In this document: positions 39,020-47,558 of the stretch, one piece after another
How the letters are laid out: each line of letters starts with the position of its first letter
How positions within the stretch are numbered: position 1 is the first letter of the stretch
Origin: Alistipes sp.
GTDB lineage: Bacteria > Bacteroidota > Bacteroidia > Bacteroidales > Rikenellaceae
DNA length: 64,000 bases
NCBI GenBank assembly: GCA_045614985.1
Contig: JAZLDX010000025.1
Location: 39,177 to 103,176, forward strand
Reading direction: 5' to 3'
The notes under the pieces: generated by a model
What the model was told of the DNA's origin: nothing
What the model saw: only the letters and a program-made list of their open reading frames with translations
Database searches by the model: none
Position numbers and translations under genes: made by a program

Positions 39020-40438
39020 CTAAATCTGTTTGCGCAGGCGGGCGACAGGAATACCCAGCATCTCGCGGTATTTGGCCACCGTGCGACGGGCTATGCGATA
39101 TCCCTTGTCGTTAAGCATCACCATGAGGGTCTCGTCGGTCAAGGGGCGACGCTTCTCCTCGCCATCAATAAAGCGTTGCAGCAGGGTCTTCACCTCATAG
39201 CTCGACACCTCCTCGCCCGAATCGGTCTGCATCGCCTCCGAGAAGAGCGATTTCAGCAAGATGATGCCGAAGGGCGTTTGCACATATTTACTATTAACGA
39301 CACGCGAGATGGTCGAGACATCGAGCCCCGTACGGTCGGCGATATCTTTAAGAATCATCGGGCGCAACTTCGACTTGTCACCATCGCGGAAATACTCCAT
39401 TTGGTAGTTCAGGATCTCCTGCATGGTACGCATCAGCGTGTCGTGTCGCTGGCGGATAGCCGAGATAAACCACTTGGCCGAGTCAATCTTCGACTTCACG
39501 AACTGCACCGCTTCACGATTCTCGCTCTTGACCGAGCCGTCGGGCTGCACCATCTCGCGCATCATCTCCACATAGCGACGATTGATCTTCACCTCGGGAA
39601 CCCCCGTGGAGTTGAGCGAGAGGTCGAACTGCCCATCGTGGTAGTCGAGTACAAAGTCGGGAATGATATAGGGGGTCGCCTCACTCCCCCCTTCGGCATA
39701 GAGGTTTCCGGGCTTGGGCGAGAGGTGGCGAATCTCTTGCAACGCCTCGCGAAACTCCTCCTCCGAGACCTGCAAACGCTGAATCAGCTTCTCGTAGTGT
39801 TTTTTGACAAACTCCTCGAAGTTGTGTTCAAGGATTCGCTTGGCCAATCGGCGCGACCGGGTGGTCGGTGGGATCTGATTCATCTGCAATAAAAGGCACT
39901 CTCGCAGATCGCGAGCTCCGATGCCGGCCGGCTCCAACTCGTGAATCACCTCAAGAAGTCGCTCCAATTCTTGCTCCGAGGTCTCAATGCCGAGCGTAAA
40001 GGCGATGTCGTCGGCAATCGAGAAGAGCTCGCGCCGAAGGTAGCCGTCCTCGTCGATCGACCCAATCAGGTAGACCGCCAGACGCAACTGTCGCTCCGAG
40101 AGGTTGCGATAACCGAGCTGCTCGACCAAATACTCCTGCAACGAACGCCCACCCGAGAGGTAGACCGTGCGCTGCTTGTCGTCCTTCGAAAAGTTGTTGA
40201 TGCGACTCTTATAGGCTGGGGTATCATCCTCTTTGAGATACTCCTCCACGGAGATTTGACGGGGCTCCTCCTCAGCGTCCCCCTGTCGCTCCTCCTCTAA
40301 GACAATATTCTCCTCGATCTCCTGCTTAATGCGTTGTTCGAGTTGCATGGTGGGGAGCTCCAGCAACTTGATCATCTGAATCTGCTGCGGAGAGAGCTTC
40401 TGCTGAAGCGTCAGGAGTTGTTTTTGGTTTATTGCCAT
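39020..40438 (-). CDS. rpoN: RNA polymerase sigma-54 factor
   Basis: Q/L-rich region I, P.GIGAR.L.ECL, STISRV, RpoN box ARRTVAKYRE. Confidence 0.97.
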   Translation of the reverse strand: MAINQKQLLTLQQKLSPQQIQMIKLLELPTMQLEQRIKQEIEENIVLEEERQGDAEEEPRQISVEEYLKEDDTPAYKSRINNFSKDDKQRTVYLSGGRSLQEYLVEQLGYRNLSERQLRLAVYLIGSIDEDGYLRRELFSIADDIAFTLGIETSEQELERLLEVIHELEPAGIGARDLRECLLLQMNQIPPTTRSRRLAKRILEHNFEEFVKKHYEKLIQRLQVSEEEFREALQEIRHLSPKPGNLYAEGGSEATPYIIPDFVLDYHDGQFDLSLNSTGVPEVKINRRYVEMMREMVQPDGSVKSENREAVQFVKSKIDSAKWFISAIRQRHDTLMRTMQEILNYQMEYFRDGDKSKLRPMILKDIADRTGLDVSTISRVVNSKYVQTPFGIILLKSLFSEAMQTDSGEEVSSYEVKTLLQRFIDGEEKRRPLTDETLMVMLNDKGYRIARRTVAKYREMLGIPVARLRKQI

Positions 40439-40495
40439 AGTAAGTTGCCCATTTGTAATTTATCTTCCACAAATTGGCCTCTTCATCCTTTAAGC

Positions 40496-40534
40496 AAAAA
40501 CGCCTCCCAAACCGGTTTTATTATTTGGGAGGCG
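40496..40534 (-). terminator. Terminator after asnS
   Basis: CGCCTCCCAAA/TTTGGGAGGCG stem with A5 on the + strand. Confidence 0.6.
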
Positions 40535-40563
40535 GTCTCTATTTTGGTCGTAGTGCCTTTTTA

Positions 40564-41952
40564 TTAAAATTCGGCATTCTTCGGCGTACGCGGGAAGGGC
40601 TGCACGTCGCGGATATTCTGAAGACCCGTGACGAACATCAGCAGGCGGTCAAAACCCAAGCCAAAGCCCGAGTGAGGAGCCGAACCCCAACGGCGCGTAT
40701 CGAGGTACCACCACACATCCTTCTCGTTCATGCCCAACTCTTGAACTCGTGCACGAAGCTTGCCATAATCATTCTCGCGCTCCGAACCACCGATAATCTC
40801 GCCGATTTTCGGGAACAAGACATCCATGGCGCGTACGGTCTTGCCATCCTCGTTCTGCTTCATATAGAAGGCCTTGATACCCTTCGGATAGTTAATCAGG
40901 ATGACCGGACGCTTGAAGTGCTCCTCCACAAGGTAGCGCTCGTGCTCCGACTGCAGGTCATCGCCCCAGTTGCACGGGAACTCAAACTTGCGCCCCGAAG
41001 CCTTCAAGATCTCGATACCCTCGGTATAATCCAAGCGTTTGAAGTCGTTCTCCACCACAAAGTTCAGGCGATCCAACAGCTCGGGATCCCACATCTTATT
41101 CATAAACTCAAGATCCTCGCGGCAGTTATCGAGCGCATAGCGTACCAAATACTTGATAAAATCCTCGGCCAAATCCATGTTATCCTCCAACTCATAGAAG
41201 GCAGCCTCGGGCTCGATCATCCAAAACTCCGAAGCGTGGCGTACGGTATTCGAGTTCTCGGCACGGAAGGTGGGGCCGAAAGTATAGATACGACCCAGCG
41301 AAAGAGCTCCCAACTCACCCTCCAACTGACCCGACACGGTGAGGTTGCAGGGCTTGCCAAAGAAGTCCTGCGTGTAGTCTACCTGACCCTCCTCGTTCTT
41401 GGGGACATTGTTCAAATCCATGGTCGTTACGGTAAACATGGCACCGGCACCCTCGCAATCCGAACCCGTGATGATGGGGGTATGGAAGTAGTAGAAACCA
41501 TGGTTGTGGAAATACTCGTGAATGGCGTAGGCCATGGCATGGCGGATGCGCAGCACGGCACCAAATGTGTTGGTACGAGGACGCAGGTAAGCAATCTCGC
41601 GCAGGAACTCCAACGAGTGGCCCTTTTTCTGCAAGGGATAGGTCTCGGGATCGGCCGTACCATAAATTTCAATCTTCTCGGCCTGCACCTCAACACCCTG
41701 ACCGGCACCCTGCGAGGCAACCAACTTACCATCCACACGCAAGCAAGCGCCCGTCGTAATAGGCTTCAACTCTTCGGCATCAATCTTCTGAAGATCTACT
41801 ACTACTTGGATGTTCTGCACGCACGAACCATCGTTCAGCGCGATGAAGGCTACATTCTTGTTCCCACGTTTCGTGCGAACCCAACCCTTTACCACTACGT
41901 CGCAATCGACCTCCTTCGAGGCAAGCAACTCTACAATGCGTAACTTTTTCAT
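40564..41952 (-). CDS. asnS: Asparagine--tRNA ligase
   Basis: [55 protein letters not shown]. Confidence 0.97.
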   Translation of the reverse strand: MKKLRIVELLASKEVDCDVVVKGWVRTKRGNKNVAFIALNDGSCVQNIQVVVDLQKIDAEELKPITTGACLRVDGKLVASQGAGQGVEVQAEKIEIYGTADPETYPLQKKGHSLEFLREIAYLRPRTNTFGAVLRIRHAMAYAIHEYFHNHGFYYFHTPIITGSDCEGAGAMFTVTTMDLNNVPKNEEGQVDYTQDFFGKPCNLTVSGQLEGELGALSLGRIYTFGPTFRAENSNTVRHASEFWMIEPEAAFYELEDNMDLAEDFIKYLVRYALDNCREDLEFMNKMWDPELLDRLNFVVENDFKRLDYTEGIEILKASGRKFEFPCNWGDDLQSEHERYLVEEHFKRPVILINYPKGIKAFYMKQNEDGKTVRAMDVLFPKIGEIIGGSERENDYGKLRARVQELGMNEKDVWWYLDTRRWGSAPHSGFGLGFDRLLMFVTGLQNIRDVQPFPRTPKNAEF

Positions 41953-42050
41953 CTTATATTTTTGGTTTTTTTGTTTTTCGTAGTTCGGTTTAGCCCACAA
42001 AGATAGGTATTTATTTGCGATAATTCAAATAAAAAAGTACCTTTGCCCCT

Positions 42051-43367
42051 ATGAGAAAGTTTCGATTGCTACAACTTGTGCTCCTTACAGCCCTTTTTGC
42101 GGGGCATTGGAGCCCCCTTTTGGCCCAACGACACGAGGTTTTTCGTGCCGAAGGCCTCCCCTATCAAAACCGCCACGATGCCGTGGTCGGAGGCGACTTC
42201 ACCCACAGCAACCAATACCTTCGCTTTGCCCCTGAAGTGGAGTCGTTGGAGGCCGAGGCGATTTGGATGGGGCAGAAGTCCGAAATCCCCTACTTTTGGA
42301 CCGACGGCTTGGTGATGATCCACCTCGAGGCGGTGGGACAAGCCTACACGCTTGAAGCCAACGGCCACGAGGTATGTCGCAACGAGGATGGACTTTCACC
42401 CGCCGAGTTCGACCTGACCCCCTACATCCGCCAGGGCCTCAACCATTTCCGCATCGCCCTGCGTAGCGGAGAATTGGAGCACACACAACAAGGGCTCGGC
42501 CTAGCCTGCGAGCGTTTCGCCGGCTCCTACCTCTTCACCCTGCAGAAGCGTTCGATTGCCGACTACCGTATCCGCTTGGTCCCCGACTCGTTGCGTCGCT
42601 TCGGAGTCTTGGAACTCGATATCGTGGCCCGCAACGCCTTCAACTACGAGGAGGAGGTCAATGTAGCCTACGACATCTACTCGCCCGAAGGGAAGTTAAT
42701 GGACTACACCGACCATCCGATCCGCATTGCAGGTCGCTCGCAGGACACAGTACATCTACACCCCTTTATCTACCACACCAACGAACAAAAGTGGGGCAAC
42801 GGCAAGGCCCCTCTCTACCGCGTGATGCTCTTCACGAAACGCGATGGCAAGATGTGGGAGTATATGCCTATCGAGTTGGGTTTCAGCGACATGGTCTACC
42901 GCGATGGTACCTGGTACCGCTTTGGCGAACCCTACACCCTGAAGAGCACCCCCTGCAACGCATTGTCCGATAAAAAGACGACCGAAAGCGAGATGCGCCG
43001 CCTACTGAAGGCCGGATTCAACACCCTCTGCCCCACGGCTCCGCAACCGCACTGGTACTATGAGTTGGCCGATCGACTGGGGCTCTATATCATCGACTGT
43101 GCCGCCATTTCAGCCCCCGATAAGCGCGAAGATCGCACCGTAGGAGGCACCCCCGCCAACGACCCCTCGCTGGCCGAGGAGTTCACCCTGCGTGTAAAAC
43201 GCATGTACTACCGCTCGCGCAACCACACCTCGGTGATCGGCTTCCGTTTGGCTAACCCCTCGGGCAACGGCTACGCCCTCTACAAGGCCTATCAGTGGAT
43301 CAAATCAGTAGAGACTGAACGCCCCGTCTTTTACGAAGATGCCCAAGGGGAATGGAATAGCGATTAG
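42051..43367 (+). CDS. Secreted GH2 (LacZ-like) homologue, C-terminally short and lacking catalytic glutamates
   Basis: LEAVGQAY, PAEFDLTPY, RSRNHTSV...LANPSGNG, YQWIKSV...RPVFYE. Confidence 0.75.
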   Translation: MRKFRLLQLVLLTALFAGHWSPLLAQRHEVFRAEGLPYQNRHDAVVGGDFTHSNQYLRFAPEVESLEAEAIWMGQKSEIPYFWTDGLVMIHLEAVGQAYTLEANGHEVCRNEDGLSPAEFDLTPYIRQGLNHFRIALRSGELEHTQQGLGLACERFAGSYLFTLQKRSIADYRIRLVPDSLRRFGVLELDIVARNAFNYEEEVNVAYDIYSPEGKLMDYTDHPIRIAGRSQDTVHLHPFIYHTNEQKWGNGKAPLYRVMLFTKRDGKMWEYMPIELGFSDMVYRDGTWYRFGEPYTLKSTPCNALSDKKTTESEMRRLLKAGFNTLCPTAPQPHWYYELADRLGLYIIDCAAISAPDKREDRTVGGTPANDPSLAEEFTLRVKRMYYRSRNHTSVIGFRLANPSGNGYALYKAYQWIKSVETERPVFYEDAQGEWNSD

Positions 43368-43432
43368 AAGCCGTTCAACAAGTTTTAGAAGAGGCCACAA
43401 GCGAAAAACGGCCTCACAAAATCAGAAACAGC

Positions 43433-43906
43433 ATGAATATAGAGTTGATTGTCATCGGAAAAACCGACTCGAAGGAGGTCGGAGCTCTCGTGGAGATGTA
43501 TCTCAAACGGGTGAACCACTACTGCCGCATGGCCATCACGACCCTGCCCGATATTAAAAACGCCAAATCACTGAGCATCAAGCAGCAGCGCACATTAGAG
43601 GGAGAGGCAATCCTGAGGCAGTTAGGCGAGGGCGATTATGTTGTATTGCTCGATGAGCGGGGCGAGGAGATGCGCTCCGTGGAGTTTGCCTATTGGTTGC
43701 AAAAGCGGATGAACAGTGGCATGCGTCGTTTGGTGCTCATTATCGGTGGCCCCTACGGATTCTCCGAAGAGGTCTATGCCCGCGCCAACGGCAAACTTTC
43801 GCTCTCGCGCATGACCTTCTCGCACCAGATTGTCCGAGCTCTCTTTGCTGAACAGATCTATCGCGCCTTTACGATCCTCAACAACGAACCCTACCACCAT
43901 GAATAA
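43433..43906 (+). CDS. rlmH: 23S rRNA m3Psi1915 methyltransferase RlmH
   Basis: LDERG...S..FA, IGGPYG.S, LS.MTF.HQ.VR....EQIYRA..I....PYH. Confidence 0.96.
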   Translation: MNIELIVIGKTDSKEVGALVEMYLKRVNHYCRMAITTLPDIKNAKSLSIKQQRTLEGEAILRQLGEGDYVVLLDERGEEMRSVEFAYWLQKRMNSGMRRLVLIIGGPYGFSEEVYARANGKLSLSRMTFSHQIVRALFAEQIYRAFTILNNEPYHHE

Positions 43907-44477
43907 CTCCTCAATGCCCACCCCGCGCTTTGCCATCCTTAGCACCAACGCCCTGGTCGGCTTAGGGCTGAAATCGCTCCTGGAGCGGATTCTTCCCTCG
44001 GTGGAGGTGGTACTATTCTCCTCGATCGAGGCCCTTTTGGAGGAGGAGCGCCACGAACACTTCTTCCACTATTTCATCGACTCCGAGTTGGTGGAGCGCG
44101 AGCCGGCAAGGCTGCACGACAAACTGCACCGCACGATCCGCCTGACGCAGGGAGAGGCGGTCGCAGGACACCACCTCGACATCCGCCAAAACGAAGCCGA
44201 GATTGTGCGCGAGGTGATGCGCATCCGCCACTTCGGCCACCCCGCAGAGGGGCACGGTGCCCCCCGTCCGAAGCCCGAAAAGCAACTCACCCCCCGAGAA
44301 ATCGAGGTCTTACGACTCCTTACACGGGGGCTGATCAACAAGGAGATTGCCGATCGCATGGGAGTAAGCCTCACCACTGTAATATCCCACCGCCGCAACC
44401 TCACCCGAAAACTCGGCATCCGTACCGCCTCGGCCCTGACGATCTACGCCATGATGAATGGGTATATCGACGAGTAA
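43899..44477 (+). CDS. LuxR-family transcriptional regulator
   Basis: C-terminal LTPREIEVL.LL.RGL.NKEIA..M.VS..TV..HR.N...KLG. Confidence 0.9.
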   Translation: MNNSSMPTPRFAILSTNALVGLGLKSLLERILPSVEVVLFSSIEALLEEERHEHFFHYFIDSELVEREPARLHDKLHRTIRLTQGEAVAGHHLDIRQNEAEIVREVMRIRHFGHPAEGHGAPRPKPEKQLTPREIEVLRLLTRGLINKEIADRMGVSLTTVISHRRNLTRKLGIRTASALTIYAMMNGYIDE

Positions 44478-44540
44478 TGCGCCCACTCTCCTCATAAATG
44501 AGGATTGCAGCATCCGAACTTTTTTTGTTCCTTTGCACCC

Positions 44541-46760
44541 GTGAAAAGGTGCATTTTTTACTCCTTGCTGATCGCTATGCTACACTTTGCCACCCTCGGA
44601 GCCTCGGCTCGTGAGCGCGGCACTGATCCGTTTATCGAGGCCGATACGACCATTCAGGTCGGCGAGGTAGTCATTCGCTCCTCGTCGGTCAAGCAACGCT
44701 TGCCCCTGAGTCAGAGCCCCGTGGCCGCCTCGCTCTTTCTAAAGGAGCAAGTCGATCGACTCCAACTCTCGGCTCCCAAAGAGATTTCGTGTATTGTTCC
44801 GAACCTCTACGCCCCCGACTATGGTTCGCGCATGACCTCATCGATCTATGTACGCGGCCTGGGGGCCCGCATCGACCAACCCGTAGTAGGGCTCAATGTT
44901 GACAATGTGCCAATACTGAACAAGGATGCCTACGACCTAGAGGTGGCCGACATCGAACGCCTGGAGGTACTGCGCGGCCCGCAGAGCACCCTCTACGGCC
45001 GCAACACGATGGGGGGCGTAATCAACCTCCAGACCCTTTCGCCCCTGCACTACCAAGGGGCCCGCTTCTTGGGCGAATATGGTAGCGGCAACACCTATAA
45101 GTTGCGCCTTTCGAGCTACAACCGATTCAAAAACCTCGGCTTGGGACTGTCGGCCCACTTCGGAGGTTCGGACGGACTCTTTACCAACGAATACACGGGC
45201 AAAAAGTGCGACCACGAGACCAGCGGCGGAGCCCGCATCAAGGTGGAGTGGGAGCGCGACCGATGGTTTTGGGGCAACACCCTCGCCATAGGGTACCTGG
45301 AGCAGGGGGGCTACCCCTATCGTTCGGTCGAGACGGGCGACATCGCCTACAACGACCCCTGTGGCTACGATCGTGCCTCGATCACCGAGGCCTTCACCCT
45401 GCGCTACACGGCTCCCTCGGTTGTGGTGGAGAGCATCTCCTCCTACCAATTCCTCGACGACCACATGACCCTCGACCAGGATTTTCGTCCCGAGAGTTAC
45501 TTCACCCTCGAGCAGATTCGCCGCGAACACGCCCTGACCGAGGAGGTCGTGGTACGCTCGACCACCAAGAGCCGCTACCAATGGCTCGTGGGGGCCTTCG
45601 GCTTTTGGAAGGGGGGCGATATGCAGGCCCCCGTCGTCTTCAAACCCGACGGCATCCAAAACCTGATCCTGGGGAATATTCCCGAAGGGATCGAGGTCGA
45701 TTTTCCCGAGGAGTTTCCGCTCGACAGCCGCTTCGACCAGCAGACCCTCGGGGCGGCCCTCTACCACGAATCGACCCTGCGACTCGGCCATTGGCTCCTG
45801 ACCGCCGGTCTGCGCCTCGACATGGAGTGGGCCTCGCTCGACTACCACAGCGCCACCCATTACCCTTGTCGTGTCAACACCACGACCATCGCCCCGTTCG
45901 CTCTGAGCGGAGCCCTTCGAAACGATTTTACCGAACTGCTGCCCAAATTCTCGGCCCTCTATCGTTTTGGCAACCATCGCCTCTCGAACCTCTACCTCTC
46001 GGCCTCGAAGGGTTATAAAGCGGGAGGATTCAACACTCAGATGTTCAGCGAGGTGCTCCAAAATGCACTGATGAAGAAGATGGGCATCTCCTTCAATCGC
46101 CAATTCGACCCCTCGGAGGTGGTGAGCTACGACCCCGAGTGGAGTTGGAACTACGAATTGGGCGGCCACCTCCACCTGGCCAAGGGAGATCTGCAACTCG
46201 ATTGGGCCCTCTTCTTTATCGACTGCCACGACCAGCAGCTCACCGTCTTCCCCCCGGGACAAACCACCGGCCGCATGATGACCAACGCAGGCCGCACCCA
46301 CAGCCTGGGTGGCGAACTCTCGCTCGCGGCACGCCCCACCCGCCACCTCCACCTCGCCGCCTCCTACGGCTACACCCACGCCACCTTCCGCGACTATCTG
46401 AACGGCGATCAAAACTACGCCGGCCACCGCGTACCCTACGCCCCCGAACACACCTTCTCGGCGCGTGTAGGCTACCACTTTGAGATAGGATGCTCCTGGC
46501 TCGAGCGAATCATCCCTTCGATTGATGTGCGGGGCGCAGGGCGCATCGCGTGGAACGAGGAGAATACCCTTTGGCAGGATTTCTATTTGGTGCCCAACTT
46601 CTCTCTGCGTTTCGAGCATCGCAACTACAGCCTCGACCTCTGGTGTCGCAACCTGACCGATACTCGCTACGACCTCTTCTACTTCAAGTCCGTGGGTCGC
46701 GAGTTCATGCAGCAAGGCCGTCCCCGCACCTTTGGATTTACGGTCACGGCCAATTTTTAG
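44541..46760 (+). CDS. TonB-dependent receptor
   Basis: Plug motifs (IYVRG, ERLEVLRGPQSTLYGRNTMGGVIN), GYKAGGFN, C-terminal RTFGFTVTANF; start GTG 44541 or ATG 44577. Confidence 0.93.
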   Translation: MKRCIFYSLLIAMLHFATLGASARERGTDPFIEADTTIQVGEVVIRSSSVKQRLPLSQSPVAASLFLKEQVDRLQLSAPKEISCIVPNLYAPDYGSRMTSSIYVRGLGARIDQPVVGLNVDNVPILNKDAYDLEVADIERLEVLRGPQSTLYGRNTMGGVINLQTLSPLHYQGARFLGEYGSGNTYKLRLSSYNRFKNLGLGLSAHFGGSDGLFTNEYTGKKCDHETSGGARIKVEWERDRWFWGNTLAIGYLEQGGYPYRSVETGDIAYNDPCGYDRASITEAFTLRYTAPSVVVESISSYQFLDDHMTLDQDFRPESYFTLEQIRREHALTEEVVVRSTTKSRYQWLVGAFGFWKGGDMQAPVVFKPDGIQNLILGNIPEGIEVDFPEEFPLDSRFDQQTLGAALYHESTLRLGHWLLTAGLRLDMEWASLDYHSATHYPCRVNTTTIAPFALSGALRNDFTELLPKFSALYRFGNHRLSNLYLSASKGYKAGGFNTQMFSEVLQNALMKKMGISFNRQFDPSEVVSYDPEWSWNYELGGHLHLAKGDLQLDWALFFIDCHDQQLTVFPPGQTTGRMMTNAGRTHSLGGELSLAARPTRHLHLAASYGYTHATFRDYLNGDQNYAGHRVPYAPEHTFSARVGYHFEIGCSWLERIIPSIDVRGAGRIAWNEENTLWQDFYLVPNFSLRFEHRNYSLDLWCRNLTDTRYDLFYFKSVGREFMQQGRPRTFGFTVTANF

Positions 46761-46805
46761 ATTTTTCGATATCACAAAACCAAAAACTCCATATCTTTTT
46801 AATTT

Positions 46806-47270
46806 ATGAAAAAAATTTTGATGCTTATTGCGCTGCTCGGAGGATGCTTGGCCTGCAGCGATAGCGAGAAGAACGAAACTCCCGCTCCGGCACCCACAGA
46901 GAAACTCCTCTTTACGGGCTTACTTGAGGCTACCCCCGACCAGGAAAGCCGCTTCGAAGCTTTTGCCGAAGAGGGTATCACGATGGAGCTCCAAGCCGCA
47001 GGGGAGAACCTCTACAATCTGCTGATGCCCGAGATAAAATTTGTACCCCAAATGCCCTGGCTCTCAATCGAAGTGCGCGGCCTGGAGGATACGGCAGACG
47101 GAGAGGCAATCCGTTTCGAGGTTGCCGAGACCATCCCCTATTTCATGGGAGCCCCCTACGACTCCTTCCCGATCGCGAACCTGCGAGGCGAGTACAACCC
47201 CTCGACCCGAAGCCTGGTGGTCGATTTCGACTGCAACACCATGCAGGTACATTTTGCAGGAACCAAATAG
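46806..47270 (+). CDS. Lipoprotein, calycin/lipocalin-like
   Basis: Lipobox CLAC; beta-rich, KFVPQMP motif, ends V.F.GTK. Confidence 0.7.
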   Translation: MKKILMLIALLGGCLACSDSEKNETPAPAPTEKLLFTGLLEATPDQESRFEAFAEEGITMELQAAGENLYNLLMPEIKFVPQMPWLSIEVRGLEDTADGEAIRFEVAETIPYFMGAPYDSFPIANLRGEYNPSTRSLVVDFDCNTMQVHFAGTK

Positions 47271-47291
47271 AAAACCCGCCCAGCAATCCAT

Positions 47292-47319
47292 CGGCCGAGC
47301 TCTCCGCTCGGCCGTTTTT
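47292..47319 (+). terminator. Terminator after the TonB-dependent receptor/lipoprotein pair
   Basis: CGGCCGAGC-TCTCC-GCTCGGCCG-TTTTT. Confidence 0.8.
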
Positions 47320-47558
47320 CTTTGAGGGAGGGGGCTAAAGGGTTTAGAGGAACAAAGATGTTGCTAATCGAATCGTTAAAAACCTATTTCACCTCGATCT
47401 CTCCTCGAAAGGCCGATGGTTTACTGCTGAAAGCAGAATACAATCCTAATTTGCGCAAGGTGAATTAAATAATTCCTCCTCTCCAACCCCTAATTTACAA
47501 TTATTTTTGTACCTTTGCCGACAAAGCAAATAATTATAAACAAATAAAACCAAGGTTA

